DNA from: Sediminispirochaeta sp.
GTDB lineage: Bacteria > Spirochaetota > Spirochaetia > B11-G9
Assembly (NCBI GenBank): GCA_024763455.1
Contig: JANTFL010000002.1
Location: forward strand, 4,869-68,868
DNA length: 64,000 nt
Direction of reading: 5' to 3'
In this document: positions 52,091 through 62,686 of the stretch, in pieces
Layout of the letters: each line of letters starts with the position of its first letter
Numbering within the stretch: the first letter of the stretch is position 1
Notes under the pieces: generated by a model
Databases searched by the model: none
Told to the model about the DNA's origin: nothing
The model's input: only the letters and a program-made list of their open reading frames with translations
Made by a program: the position numbers and the translations under genes

Positions 52091-54352
52091 ATGAAGATAC
52101 GGCAAAAAATTACTCTTACCATGCTATTCATAATCGTCGCATTGGGTGCATCTATATTCTTTATCACCCTTAAATTCTTTAAAACCCTAGAGCAGCAGGA
52201 TTCAACTATTCTTTCAAATACCATCAATGACAACGTAGACTCTTTAAACACCGCAACTCACAACGCTTTAGACAGACAGGTAAACCTTATCAGTTTTAGA
52301 GCTCTTTCCATTGCTTCTCTCTTCAGCAGGGAAGAAGCGGTTGTACAGGCATATGAGACAGCCCTCACCGGTAACATAAACGATCCATATTCCCCCCAGT
52401 CACAAGCTGCCCGTGAAATGCTGAGAAAGGATTTTTCAACAATTATGGAGGGATACAGCAGAAGTACCCAGGGAAAGGTACTGAAGCTTCATTTTCATCT
52501 TCCAAACGGCCGGAGCCTGGCAAGGCTTTGGAGGGATGGCTACCAGACAAAAGTAGACGGCCAAAAAGTTGATATTTCAGATGATCTGAGTTCTTTTAGG
52601 AATACGGTAGTGCAGATAAATAAAAAACCCTACAAACCGATAACCGGTATAGAGATCGGACGGGGAGGTTTTGCAATCAGAGGCATTGCCCCTGTTACAG
52701 GAAACAATGGTGAGCACCTGGGTTCTGTTGAAGTTCTTTTTCCCTTTTCCGAGGTTTTTGAGAATATGTCAAACGATACAAAAACTTTCTTCGCCGCTTA
52801 TATGCGTGCAGACTATCTTAAGGTAGCTACCTCATTGCAGGATCCGGCGGTCTACCCCACTATTGCAGACAGCTATGTGCTGACAGATGTTTCAGACCCG
52901 GATATTACAACCCCCCTTGTAACAAAAGAAATTCTGGATAAAGGTGTGGAAGGGCTTTATAGTACAGTAATAAGGAATTATTCATTAAATACCTTCCCGG
53001 TGATGGATTATAAAGGGAATCCCGTCGGGGTTATTGTTTTTGCCCGGAATATCACCTCATCCATCAACGCTCTCAACGACAGCTCAGAGATAATGAAGAA
53101 AAGTTTTAGATCATTTACCCTGCTTTTTCTACTGACCTTTGGTGCTCTGGCTTTAATCGGTGTGATTTTAAGTTTCTTTATTATAAAGTTAATTACTGTC
53201 CCACTAAATAAAATTGACCATAACCTCGCAGAGATAGCTTCCGGGGGAGGAGATCTTACAACAGAGATTGCTATCAGCAGCTCAGATGAAATCGGATCCC
53301 TGGCAAGTTCTTTTAATGCTTTTATTGGGACCCTCCGCACTATGGTCGTTTTGATTAAAAAGAGTGTAGCTTCAACGATTGAAGTAAAGGACGATCTGAA
53401 CAATCAGGTTGACAATACTACTTCCGCTGTTATTGAAATCACCGCAAATATAGAAAGCACTATCAAGTCCATTGAACAGCTCAAAACAATAATAAACAAT
53501 ACCGCTGAAGGTACTCAGGGGATCCTAAACGAAGCAAAGGATCTTGATTCCCTGATACAGGATCAGACGGAGGCCATAGCAGATTCAAGCTCTGCAGTCA
53601 ACCAGATGGTTGCTTCCATAAAGAATGTTGCATCCATAACTTCCGGGAAAAAGGAAACGACGGGAAAACTCCTCTCCAATACAGAAAAGGGAGAAGCTGT
53701 TATCGCATCAACCATAAAAGCTATTGGAGCGATTGAGGAGAACATTGAAAGTATCTCACAAATGGTGGGAATTATAAACAGCATTTCAGCACAGACAAAC
53801 CTGCTTGCCATGAATGCTGCCATCGAAGCTGCGCACGCAGGAGAGGCAGGCAGCGGATTTTCTGTGGTTGCTGACGAAATACGTGTCCTTGCTGAAAACG
53901 CAGCTTTGAATGCTCATAATATAAAATCTGAAATAAAAACAATTATTGAGCGCATAAAAGAGGCAGTAAAGGAGGGCGACAAAACAACCCATAGTTTTTC
54001 CGAAATAAGCTCCGAGGTAAAAAGTGTTTACGATGCCTTCTCGGAAATTCTAACCACTACGGAAGAACTCGCCGAGGGAGGGACCCAGATCCTCAGATCA
54101 GTAGAAACCCTCAACAGCATCAGCAGCAGGGTAACGGGACGCTCGGGAGCTATTACGGCAACAGCTGGAGAACTTAAAGAAATAGTAACCCAGGTGGACA
54201 GAATATCTACCGAAGTTTCAGGTTCAATGGACGAAATTTCCACAGGAGCCCAGGAGATCGGCAAGGTGACAGAACGGCTGTCAGAGTCTGCCCGGCAGAT
54301 ATCCGATGAGGCAGCCCTTTTAAAGAATCAGACAGACAAGTTCAAGACCTAA
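52091..54352 (+). CDS. Methyl-accepting chemotaxis protein with periplasmic Cache-type sensor and HAMP
   Basis: TM1, a periplasmic domain with LKLHFHLPNGRSLARLWRDG (Cache3-Cache2-like), TM2, HAMP, and the signalling hairpin ISAQTNLLAMNAAIEAAHAGEAGSGFSVVADEIRVLAE. ATG 52091 lies 6 nt after GGGGGA. Confidence 0.92.
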   Translation: MKIRQKITLTMLFIIVALGASIFFITLKFFKTLEQQDSTILSNTINDNVDSLNTATHNALDRQVNLISFRALSIASLFSREEAVVQAYETALTGNINDPYSPQSQAAREMLRKDFSTIMEGYSRSTQGKVLKLHFHLPNGRSLARLWRDGYQTKVDGQKVDISDDLSSFRNTVVQINKKPYKPITGIEIGRGGFAIRGIAPVTGNNGEHLGSVEVLFPFSEVFENMSNDTKTFFAAYMRADYLKVATSLQDPAVYPTIADSYVLTDVSDPDITTPLVTKEILDKGVEGLYSTVIRNYSLNTFPVMDYKGNPVGVIVFARNITSSINALNDSSEIMKKSFRSFTLLFLLTFGALALIGVILSFFIIKLITVPLNKIDHNLAEIASGGGDLTTEIAISSSDEIGSLASSFNAFIGTLRTMVVLIKKSVASTIEVKDDLNNQVDNTTSAVIEITANIESTIKSIEQLKTIINNTAEGTQGILNEAKDLDSLIQDQTEAIADSSSAVNQMVASIKNVASITSGKKETTGKLLSNTEKGEAVIASTIKAIGAIEENIESISQMVGIINSISAQTNLLAMNAAIEAAHAGEAGSGFSVVADEIRVLAENAALNAHNIKSEIKTIIERIKEAVKEGDKTTHSFSEISSEVKSVYDAFSEILTTTEELAEGGTQILRSVETLNSISSRVTGRSGAITATAGELKEIVTQVDRISTEVSGSMDEISTGAQEIGKVTERLSESARQISDEAALLKNQTDKFKT

Positions 54353-54417
54353 CTAATTTATTGGTAGTGCAGTACGTAGAGTCAAAGGATTTCTGCTGCC
54401 CGAAGGGAAGCGCATCC

Positions 54418-55092
54418 CTATAAAATCCTTTTATAATCCCCCACGAGGAGTCTGTATGGTTCTTCATCCTCCACTATTTCAGGGAACCTTCCGGGAGCAG
54501 TGTAAAATCTGTTATCATGGGCGTCATCATTAGTCATACTGACTTCTCCTGCTATTACCGGGCCACCGCCCTCCTCTGCATAAAATCTGTGATACATTCC
54601 TGTTCTGAGTGTTATACTTTCACCGGGAGTTAAAACAACCCTCCCTCCTGCAGAAATATTCTTCTTAATACCATCACACAAAAATGTCACATTGCTTTTA
54701 CTGAACGCTTCATTACTGTCTGAATTATACAGTTCTATCACAAGATTTCCTCCCCCCCGATTAATAATATCTTCTGTCTTTTCCCAATGGAAATGGAAAG
54801 GAGTCTCCTGGTTTTCTTTCACAATCATAATTTTTTCTGCATAAGGTTTTACATCAAAATCTTTATTTCCATTTCGTAAAGTTACAAGAAGCAGACCAGT
54901 TTTTAAAAAATTACCGCTTCCAAAATCTGTCAGATCCCAACCCAAAAAACTACTAAATATATTTGTACAGGTTTCTTTATTTTTTTCCCAGTCCTCAACA
55001 TTCCAGAATGCCCAGGGAGGAAGATAAAAATTATTTTCCCTGAAGATTATCTCAGCTTCCTTTATGTAGTTATTTATTTCACTTCTTTTCAT
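54418..55092 (-). CDS. D-lyxose/D-mannose ketol-isomerase-type cupin (Lyx_isomer family)
   Basis: 224 aa. LPPWAFW, GWDLTDFGSGNF, and EKIMIVKENQETPFHFHWEKTEDIINRGGG resemble YdaE/Z5688-type isomerases. SD AAGGAGG. Confidence 0.78.
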   Translation of the reverse strand: MKRSEINNYIKEAEIIFRENNFYLPPWAFWNVEDWEKNKETCTNIFSSFLGWDLTDFGSGNFLKTGLLLVTLRNGNKDFDVKPYAEKIMIVKENQETPFHFHWEKTEDIINRGGGNLVIELYNSDSNEAFSKSNVTFLCDGIKKNISAGGRVVLTPGESITLRTGMYHRFYAEEGGGPVIAGEVSMTNDDAHDNRFYTAPGRFPEIVEDEEPYRLLVGDYKRIL

Positions 55093-55102
55093 TTATTCCT
55101 CC

Positions 55103-56491
55103 TTAAAGATTATACTTATCAATCTTACGGGCCAGAGTTTTACGGGTTATATCCAGATCCCTCGCTGTTTTACTCCTGTTATGATCATTGGAAGAAAGAA
55201 CTCTGGCGATTAACTGTTTTTCGTAATGGGAAACAACCTCTTCAAGAAATTCTTTCAGCGGTTTTCCCTGACCAGATGCCTCAACCACATCAAACAAATC
55301 AGTCCCGCCGCTGTCCTGAAAACTCAAGGATGTAATCATATCCCCTTCACACAGCAGCACAGCCTGGTTTATCATATTCTGGAGTTCCCTTACATTTCCC
55401 GGCCAGTGATAGGATCGCAACCGGTCAAGCAGATAAGACTCAATCCCCTGAACGTTTTTATTGTATCTCCTGTTATATTGCTTCAAAAAGTGATCAGAAA
55501 GAAGCGGGATATCTTCAGTTCTTTCCCTCAAGGGCGGAAGATAGCAAGATATTACATTCAACCGGTAATACAGATCCTGACGGAATCTCCCCTTTTTAAT
55601 CAGGTCTGTTATATTTCTGTTAGTAGCGGCTATTATCCTGACATCAACAAAAATCTTTTTAGTACCGCCAACCCGTTCAAAACTCCTCTCCTCAAGAACT
55701 CTGAGTAGTTTTGACTGCACATCGACCGACATATCACCAACTTCATCAAGAAAGAGAGTACCGTAATCTGCCAGCTCAAATTTACCAATTTTCTGCTCTA
55801 CAGCTCCTGTAAAAGCCCCTCTCTCATGGCCAAACAATTCACTGAGAAGTAAACTATCCGAAAGAGCTGCACAGTTTATTCCTACAAAATTTGCCTCCCT
55901 TCGGTTACTTGTAAAATGAATATATCGTGCCAATACTTCTTTACCGACTCCGCTTTCACCTGTTATCAAAACTGTAGCAGCGATATTCTTTATTTTATCT
56001 GCTACCTTGATGACATCTTTAACCGCAGGGTTATCTGTAATGAAATCGTAAGAATACACCTTTTTAATAAGGGCCTTTTTAAGAAAACTATTCTCAGCCC
56101 TGAGAGTTTTTATCTCAAGATTTTTCCTGATTATGGTGAGCAGCTTGTTGTTATCGATTGGTTTCAGGATATAATCTGCTGCTCCTTCCTGCATGGCTGC
56201 AACGCTGTTTGGAATACTGCCGTGTCCGGTAACCATAAAAACGATTACTCCGGGGTCCCTCTTCTTTATTTCCTTAAGCAGCTCAATGCCGTCCTGCGGC
56301 CCTTTGAGTCTGATATCAAGGAGAGCAATATCTATCTTCTTCTTGCTGACAATTTCAACGGCATCTTTATAATTTTCAGAGGTAAAAACATCAAACCCCT
56401 CCCTGCCAAATAATTTTACAAGACCATACCGGATACCCTTCTCGTCATCAACGACAAGTATACTCTTCCTGTCCTTTAAAAGAGTTTTCAT
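55103..56491 (-). CDS. Sigma-54-dependent response regulator (NtrC family: REC-AAA+-HTH)
   Basis: Receiver domain (ILVVDDE...DIALLDIRL), Walker A GESGVGKE, the sigma-54 contact loop GAFTGA, and a C-terminal Fis-type HTH (KTARDLDITRKTLARKI). Confidence 0.94.
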   Translation of the reverse strand: MKTLLKDRKSILVVDDEKGIRYGLVKLFGREGFDVFTSENYKDAVEIVSKKKIDIALLDIRLKGPQDGIELLKEIKKRDPGVIVFMVTGHGSIPNSVAAMQEGAADYILKPIDNNKLLTIIRKNLEIKTLRAENSFLKKALIKKVYSYDFITDNPAVKDVIKVADKIKNIAATVLITGESGVGKEVLARYIHFTSNRREANFVGINCAALSDSLLLSELFGHERGAFTGAVEQKIGKFELADYGTLFLDEVGDMSVDVQSKLLRVLEERSFERVGGTKKIFVDVRIIAATNRNITDLIKKGRFRQDLYYRLNVISCYLPPLRERTEDIPLLSDHFLKQYNRRYNKNVQGIESYLLDRLRSYHWPGNVRELQNMINQAVLLCEGDMITSLSFQDSGGTDLFDVVEASGQGKPLKEFLEEVVSHYEKQLIARVLSSNDHNRSKTARDLDITRKTLARKIDKYNL

Positions 56492-56492
56492 T

Positions 56493-58637
56493 TTAAATGC
56501 CCTCTATTTTTATTTGATACTCCGTTATCACTTTTAAAACCGGGATAGTCAGGATAACTGTTGTTCCGGAACCTTTGGCACTTTGTACATCTATTTCCCC
56601 TGAAAATTTATTGATTATACCATAAACTATGGAAAGTCCCAACCCGGTACCTTTCCCGTTTGGCTTTGTCGTAAAAAACGGATCAAAGATATACTGCATC
56701 GTTTCCTTATCCATTCCAGAGCCTGTATCTTTTATTTCAATAAGAATACCTTGGTTATTATGCTTGAGACTGGTTGTTATACTTATTTGCCCTCTCTCCT
56801 CAATAGCAAAGATGGAGTTCTGAATAAGATTTATAATAACCTGCTTTAGTTCGCTACTGCTTATAACTGCTAAAGGGAGCTTATCCTGAAAATTGGTGGT
56901 AATTCTTATCCTTTTATCTTTTTCAAGGCCGTAGTTAATTAACCTGACTACTTCGCGTATACTGCTGTTAACATCTGTTCCTTCATTACCTTTGGTTTCA
57001 GATGCCGAAAAATCCAGCAGCTCATTTACGATTTTAGCTATCCGCTTTGTCTCCTGCTCAATCCATACTAAAGCTGTACGTGTTTCTTCTTCGTTCTTTT
57101 CTGCAAGAAGGTTCTGAACATTCGTGAGTATTGAGCTTAATGGATTATTTATCTCATGGGATATTCCCGCAGAAAGGATACTTAGAGAGGAGAGCTTCTC
57201 AGCTTGAAAAATCTTCTCCTCCAGCTCGAACTTTTTACTCACATCATCTATCTCCAAAACACATTTACGGTCTTTGTTTGAATTCACTGCCCTGAGAGGG
57301 TAGAGTTTGATCTCAAATACAAGATTTCCTACCCGTCTGGTAGTTGATTTTGAATTTATCTCTCCACAAATAATTTCTTTAATACTGCCAAGTACTGACT
57401 GATCGATAATATCTAAATGCAAATCATCTATAAACTTTCCAAGAGTCTCCTGCTCTTCCAAATGAAAACATTCAAGAAAAAATCCATTTACCTTCTCGAT
57501 TCCCAGTTCATTGCCAATTACCATAATTCCGGCTCTTAATGAATGAATAATCTTCTCGTTGTAGTCCTTGAGAAATGTTATTTCCTGAATATAACTCTCC
57601 ATATCTTTTTTATTCTGATCCAGCTGGTTGGCCATTTCGTTGAATCCTTGAAAAAGCTTGCCTACTTCGCTCCTTGAACCATGAGCTATTTTGATTCTGT
57701 AATTCCCTTTACTGATATCTTCCATGGCTCTTATAAGAAGACTAATAGGCCGGGTTATTCTATCCGAAAGAAAGAAACTCAAAAGGATGGCAAAAAGACT
57801 CACTATCATAGACACAGTAAGGAGGGTTTTATTTATTCTTGTGACAATACGCTGATAGGGGTCATTTGAAATGAGCAACACCTGGATTAAATTATCTTCT
57901 CCACTATCCTGCTTAATCCTTCCTAAATTTCTGAATGCTATATTATAACTGTGCCCATCCTGAATACTGCTATAGATTGTCCTAAAGGGAATCCCATACT
58001 CAGTCATTGTTTTTATAGCCTCGGCATAAGCATCATTTCCAAAACTTGTGTCTCTGCTGTTAACCATGAATATCTTTGATTTGGCAGGAAGGGAGGTCTG
58101 TTTGTAAAAATCTGTATCAATCTTTTTAAGAATGAACAGCTCCAGTCCTTTAGAAGCATCTATCTCCAGAATTCCGGTCAAATAGATTCCGCCATTAATT
58201 TTCCTGAGCTCTATGTAAGGATGTTCTCTTTCCGCGTTTACCTCTCTTAGACTTCCATTACCAAGAGTTGTGTTTCCTATATCAAAGTATTCAAAAACTA
58301 TTCTGTCATGAACTTTTAAAACTACAAAATCCATCCCCGATAGAAGGAGGATCTCTTCGGACCAATTTCTTAAATCATCTGTATTGTATAAATCAGGGAA
58401 ACTTGCAGCTATTTTTTTAAATTCTTCATCCTTATTTACTTTAACGACCGTTTTCCACAGCCGTCTGACCCATGTGGTATAGCTTTCATATACAGCTTTT
58501 GAAGAATTCTCAAGTTCCAGCCTTGCATCGGCTTCATTGCTCCTTGTAACAATACCTTCAACAAGGAAAATTGTAAGGGTAGATTGAAAAATAACTACCG
58601 CGATAAAAAACAGTAACGCCCTGAAAAACAGCTTCAT
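56493..58637 (-). CDS. Membrane sensor histidine kinase (periplasmic domain-HAMP-PAS-HisKA-HATPase_c)
   Basis: Two TM helices flank a ~250-aa periplasmic domain. H-box GISHEINNPLSSI, with N/G boxes NLIQNSIFA ... DTGSGM ... GTGLGLSI. Confidence 0.9.
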   Translation of the reverse strand: MKLFFRALLFFIAVVIFQSTLTIFLVEGIVTRSNEADARLELENSSKAVYESYTTWVRRLWKTVVKVNKDEEFKKIAASFPDLYNTDDLRNWSEEILLLSGMDFVVLKVHDRIVFEYFDIGNTTLGNGSLREVNAEREHPYIELRKINGGIYLTGILEIDASKGLELFILKKIDTDFYKQTSLPAKSKIFMVNSRDTSFGNDAYAEAIKTMTEYGIPFRTIYSSIQDGHSYNIAFRNLGRIKQDSGEDNLIQVLLISNDPYQRIVTRINKTLLTVSMIVSLFAILLSFFLSDRITRPISLLIRAMEDISKGNYRIKIAHGSRSEVGKLFQGFNEMANQLDQNKKDMESYIQEITFLKDYNEKIIHSLRAGIMVIGNELGIEKVNGFFLECFHLEEQETLGKFIDDLHLDIIDQSVLGSIKEIICGEINSKSTTRRVGNLVFEIKLYPLRAVNSNKDRKCVLEIDDVSKKFELEEKIFQAEKLSSLSILSAGISHEINNPLSSILTNVQNLLAEKNEEETRTALVWIEQETKRIAKIVNELLDFSASETKGNEGTDVNSSIREVVRLINYGLEKDKRIRITTNFQDKLPLAVISSSELKQVIINLIQNSIFAIEERGQISITTSLKHNNQGILIEIKDTGSGMDKETMQYIFDPFFTTKPNGKGTGLGLSIVYGIINKFSGEIDVQSAKGSGTTVILTIPVLKVITEYQIKIEGI

Positions 58638-58649
58638 TCTTTTATCTTA

Positions 58650-59399
58650 TCATTTTACCATTTCTGAGCCAACAATAAGGTTAACAACCTCTTCTGTACT
58701 AGTTTCAGCTTTAACCAGGTCACCAACTTTTTCTCCCCTTCGCATTACAACTATCCGGTCTGCAACTTCAAAAACATCATGCATCTGGTGACTAATCAGG
58801 ATTACAGCAATACCATGGTCTTTCAGGGTATTCACCAGATCCAGCACCTGCTTTTGCTGCGCAACACCGAGAGCAGCAGTGGGTTCATCCATGATAAGGA
58901 CTTTTGCATTCCAGTAGATAGATCGGGATATTGCTACAGCCTGCCTCTGCCCTCCGGAAAGAGTTCTTACATTGTTTCTTAATGAAGGAATATTTATATC
59001 CAGTTTTTTAAGTACTTTGGAAGCCTCCTCATGCATATAATCATGATCAAGCACAGGAACGAATCCCATAAATTTTTTGGTTTTTTCCCTGCCCAGGAAA
59101 ATATTTGAATATACATTCAAATTTTCTGCAAGAGCAAGGTCTTGATAAATAGTCTCAATTCCAATTGCAAGAGCATCCATAGGAGAATTAATATCGGCTT
59201 CCTGTCCGTTAAAAAAAATTTTCCCTTCATCGGAGGGATACACACCCGAAATCATCTTGATCAGTGTCGATTTCCCTGCTCCATTATCTCCTAAAACAGC
59301 AACAACCTCTCCTGCATTCACGCCCAGGCTTACATTATCCACTGCTACAAGTCCACCAAATCTCTTTGTTATGTTTCTGGTTTCTATTAAATATCCCAC
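58650..59399 (-). CDS. Sugar ABC transporter ATP-binding protein (single NBD, FrcA-like)
   Basis: Walker A GDNGAGKST, signature LSGGQRQAVAISR, Walker B LIMDEPTAALG. GTG start 8 nt after AAGGAG. Confidence 0.92.
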   Translation of the reverse strand: MGYLIETRNITKRFGGLVAVDNVSLGVNAGEVVAVLGDNGAGKSTLIKMISGVYPSDEGKIFFNGQEADINSPMDALAIGIETIYQDLALAENLNVYSNIFLGREKTKKFMGFVPVLDHDYMHEEASKVLKKLDINIPSLRNNVRTLSGGQRQAVAISRSIYWNAKVLIMDEPTAALGVAQQKQVLDLVNTLKDHGIAVILISHQMHDVFEVADRIVVMRRGEKVGDLVKAETSTEEVVNLIVGSEMVK

Positions 59400-59403
59400 T
59401 CAT

Positions 59404-60468
59404 TTACTCCTTGTATGTTCGTTCGGGAAAAAACTGATCAACCAAAACTGCCGTTATCAGAATAATTCCCACAATTATATATTTATCAAATGTCGGAATA
59501 CCCATTATGCGTAGGCCTGTCTCCAAAACAGCAATAATCAGCCCTCCAAGAATGGTTCTCCAAACAGTACCTTTACCCCCATACAAACTAGCGCCTCCAA
59601 TAACAACGGCTGCAATCGAATCCAGCAACGAAGATGCCCCGGCATCTGCTTTTCCGGTTACATACTTAAGGGTATACAAAACCCCTGCAATAGTAGCAAG
59701 AAAAGATGCCAGCATATAAACTTTTATAATATGCCGATTTAAGTTAATCCCCGAACGGATTGCAGCATCCCTGTTACCCCCTATAGCATACGTATGCTGC
59801 CCAAACTTAGTCCTGTTCAGAATAAAGGCAAAAACTGCAATAAGAATAAACGCAATAACAACAACGTTTGGTAAAATTTCAACAACCTTTACTCTTCTTG
59901 CCACCTCTGGACGTGAGAAGAAGGAAAACCCAATACCTTTGGAATAGTAGAGAAAATATCCGTTTCCAATGGTATTTGCAAGTTGAGGAAGGTTCTTGGC
60001 CGCTTTCTCCGCTATTAACAGTTCTGAAACACCATGGCTGATTCCGAGCATAGAGAAAGTTGCGATAAACGGAGGGACATTCAGCTTGGAAATGAGCATA
60101 CCGTTGACATAGCCAGGGAGCAGCCCTATTACCAAGGTCAGAAGAATACCCAGGGTGATACTTAAGCCCGGCCCCATTCCTGTTTTTGTAAAAGCAACTA
60201 TAAGTTTTGCAGAAACGATTGTTGCCAATCCCATTACGTATCCAACAGAGAGATCAATACCGCCTGTTATTATTGCAAATAGCTCCGCTGTTCCTAAAAG
60301 GAATACAGCTGTTCCAAAAAAGAAGATTATCTGAAAAACATTTAACGACAAAAACCCTCTCGCCATAAAACTAAAAAATATAAGTTCTATAAAGAGAAAT
60401 AATAGTGCCCATTGCCGGCCTATCTTAAGTAGTAAACCAGTCCTGGTGTGATTATTCAGATTCTGCAT
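59404..60468 (-). CDS. Sugar ABC transporter permease (CUT2/RbsC-like), second
   Basis: Polytopic, with ITGGIDLSVGYVMGL and YAIGGNRDAAIRSGINLNR. I use ATG 60468 (SD AAAGGGAGA). The track start at 60549 overlaps the upstream permease gene. Confidence 0.88.
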   Translation of the reverse strand: MQNLNNHTRTGLLLKIGRQWALLFLFIELIFFSFMARGFLSLNVFQIIFFFGTAVFLLGTAELFAIITGGIDLSVGYVMGLATIVSAKLIVAFTKTGMGPGLSITLGILLTLVIGLLPGYVNGMLISKLNVPPFIATFSMLGISHGVSELLIAEKAAKNLPQLANTIGNGYFLYYSKGIGFSFFSRPEVARRVKVVEILPNVVVIAFILIAVFAFILNRTKFGQHTYAIGGNRDAAIRSGINLNRHIIKVYMLASFLATIAGVLYTLKYVTGKADAGASSLLDSIAAVVIGGASLYGGKGTVWRTILGGLIIAVLETGLRIMGIPTFDKYIIVGIILITAVLVDQFFPERTYKE

Positions 60469-60484
60469 TATGTTAATTCTCCCT

Positions 60485-61561
60485 TTAAAATAAATCAGGA
60501 AACAATTCATCAATAACAATTGCAAGGATAAGAAGCAAGCCGACTGCAATAAACCTGTAAAAAGGTTCTACCCCTGAAATCAGAAGTCCGTTCTCCAACA
60601 CAGCAATGAGAAGAACACCCACAACGGAAGCCAGTATACCTCCTTTTCCTCCCATAAGACTGGCACCTCCAATAACGACTGCCGCTACGGCAAAGAGCTC
60701 ATACATCGCTCCAAAGGGTGTAAAATTTCCAATTCCTGTTTGAAAAATGTTAAAAATTCCAGCAATTCCAGCAATAAAGGATGAAAGTGTATAGATAATG
60801 ATTAAGTGCTTTTTTACATTTATTCCGGATCGTATTGCTGCATCCTCGTTTCCCCCTATGGCATAGGTATGCTGTCCAAATTTTGTTTTTTTCAGCAAAA
60901 AATACAGGATAAAAAGGACAATGGCAAGGAAGAGGAATGAATTGGGAATAAGCCTGATGTAATCCCTTATATGTTCATTCCCCACCCCCTCGGGGAGGCC
61001 GAAAAAACTAAAACCTCCGCCGGGTTTATAATACAGTGTATAGCCGTTGCCAATCTTTGTAAGGCTGTCCGGCAGCTCTGCGACAGGAAAACCATTGGAT
61101 ATCTTCAAAGCTATCCCATTGGTAATTCCCCACATGCCGAGAGTAGCAATAAAGGGGGGAACCTTATATTTTGCTATCATTATCCCGCTGATAATCCCTG
61201 GAATAAGGGACAGTACAAGAGCAATGGAAATCCCGATAAAGATACTGAACCCTGCTGAATGATTCCCGCTGTTGTACAGTATCTGAATTATTTTCCCGGC
61301 TGTAACGGATGAAAGACCCATTACAAAACCGATCGAAAGATCAATACCGCTGGTTATTATTACAAATGTTTCTGCACTGGCCATAAGAATGGCTATTACG
61401 GAAAGATGAACAATGTTCTGAAAATTCATGACACTTAAAAAACCGCGTCCGGTTATACTGAATAAAATCAGAAAAAACAAAAGGAAAAAGAATGCCCAGT
61501 TTTTGGCAACCACCCTTAGTGTTTTTGATCTTTCTATCGAAAGAGCTAAACTGCTATTCAA
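60485..61561 (-). CDS. Sugar ABC transporter permease (CUT2/RbsC-like), first
   Basis: ITSGIDLSIGFVMGL and YAIGGNEDAAIRSGINVKK. TTG start 8 nt after GGGAG. Confidence 0.88.
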   Translation of the reverse strand: MNSSLALSIERSKTLRVVAKNWAFFFLLFFLILFSITGRGFLSVMNFQNIVHLSVIAILMASAETFVIITSGIDLSIGFVMGLSSVTAGKIIQILYNSGNHSAGFSIFIGISIALVLSLIPGIISGIMIAKYKVPPFIATLGMWGITNGIALKISNGFPVAELPDSLTKIGNGYTLYYKPGGGFSFFGLPEGVGNEHIRDYIRLIPNSFLFLAIVLFILYFLLKKTKFGQHTYAIGGNEDAAIRSGINVKKHLIIIYTLSSFIAGIAGIFNIFQTGIGNFTPFGAMYELFAVAAVVIGGASLMGGKGGILASVVGVLLIAVLENGLLISGVEPFYRFIAVGLLLILAIVIDELFPDLF

Positions 61562-61605
61562 AATGGAACTCCCTATAACTATACAATAAACGATTATAAT
61601 CTTTT

Positions 61606-61636
61606 AAAAAAGCGGGGAACTCAGGAAGTTCCCCGC
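61606..61636 (-). terminator. Intrinsic terminator/attenuator between the binding-protein gene and the permease genes
   Basis: On the minus strand: GCGGGGAAC-ttcctga-GTTCCCCGC (9-bp perfect stem, 61636-61612) followed by TTTTTT (61611-61606). Confidence 0.75.
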
Positions 61637-61662
61637 CTTGAGACCTTAGAAGGCAATAAGTC

Positions 61663-62655
61663 CTATTTGTAGATGTACTGATCCATATCAGGGTCATTTA
61701 CGTTTTCAGGTGTAAAATATTCAAACCCCGGAATAACCTTCTTGGGAACTTCTGCTCCGTCATGCAGATACTTATATCCCCATTCCACTGCAAGATATCC
61801 AATTTCATAGGGTTTCTGAGCAAGAACAAGATCAACCTGGCCCTTCTTGAGAGCATTGATCATATCGACAGTAGCATCCCAGGTAGCAAGCTTAACTGCG
61901 CCAATAAGTCCTGCATTTACAACAGCCTGGTAAGCACCCTGTGACGAATAAACGTTGGTTGCAAAGATACCCGCTATATCAGGATCTTTCTGCAATGCCG
62001 CAAGTGTCTGATCGGTAGCTTTCTGCTGAACATCCATGTTGTAATCAACACCTACAAGCTTTATATCCGGAAATTCCTTAATACCTTCCTTAAACCCTTT
62101 TACACGGCCCATTACAGATGAAACATCGGGATTAGTTGAGTTAACATAGACCTTTCCTTTCTTGCCAATCATCTCTGCAAGATGTTCAGCAATTTCCCGG
62201 CCCCCCTTTTCATTATCGGAACCTATGTAACTTAAAGGAAATGAATAGTCACTGTCTTTGGAATAATCACCATCGCCAAGGAACGTATCGACAGTAATAA
62301 TCTCTATACCCTTGTCGTAGAGTTTTTTCAGGGGAGCTACAAGTGCATCAATAGCAGTCGGAGCAATAAGAATCATATCAACTCCACCCTGAGCTACAGT
62401 GGCTTCAAGAATTGGAACCTGAACCTCTGGTCCCCAGGATTTAGGATACTCTGCAACAATTACATTTACACCAAGTTCCTCAGCCTTTGCTCTTACCCCT
62501 TTTTCCATCATGTAGTAAAAAGGATCAGCTACTCCTGGCATAAAAAGCATTGTAATCTCATCTTTCCCCTTATCCTGCTGTCCATTAGCGAACAGATTGG
62601 CACTCATGCTGAAGATAACCAGCAGTACCATTAGAATCATCAAAGCTTTTTTCAT
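61663..62655 (-). CDS. Periplasmic sugar-binding protein (RbsB/Peripla_BP_4-like)
   Basis: 330 aa. Signal peptide MKKALMILMVLLVIFSMSANLFA, then a type-I PBP fold (FYYMMEKGVRAKAEELGV ... VDMILIAP ... IITVDT). SD AAGGAGA. Confidence 0.9.
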   Translation of the reverse strand: MKKALMILMVLLVIFSMSANLFANGQQDKGKDEITMLFMPGVADPFYYMMEKGVRAKAEELGVNVIVAEYPKSWGPEVQVPILEATVAQGGVDMILIAPTAIDALVAPLKKLYDKGIEIITVDTFLGDGDYSKDSDYSFPLSYIGSDNEKGGREIAEHLAEMIGKKGKVYVNSTNPDVSSVMGRVKGFKEGIKEFPDIKLVGVDYNMDVQQKATDQTLAALQKDPDIAGIFATNVYSSQGAYQAVVNAGLIGAVKLATWDATVDMINALKKGQVDLVLAQKPYEIGYLAVEWGYKYLHDGAEVPKKVIPGFEYFTPENVNDPDMDQYIYK

Positions 62656-62686
62656 ATAAATCTCCTTATAAGTTTTTCTATTCTAA

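Noticed and set aside
60469-60549. 27-aa N-terminal extension of the second sugar permease.
   Set aside because: The extension overlaps the 3' end of the first permease gene by 65 nt. ATG 60468 has a well-spaced SD (AAAGGGAGA) and gives a normal permease N-terminus.
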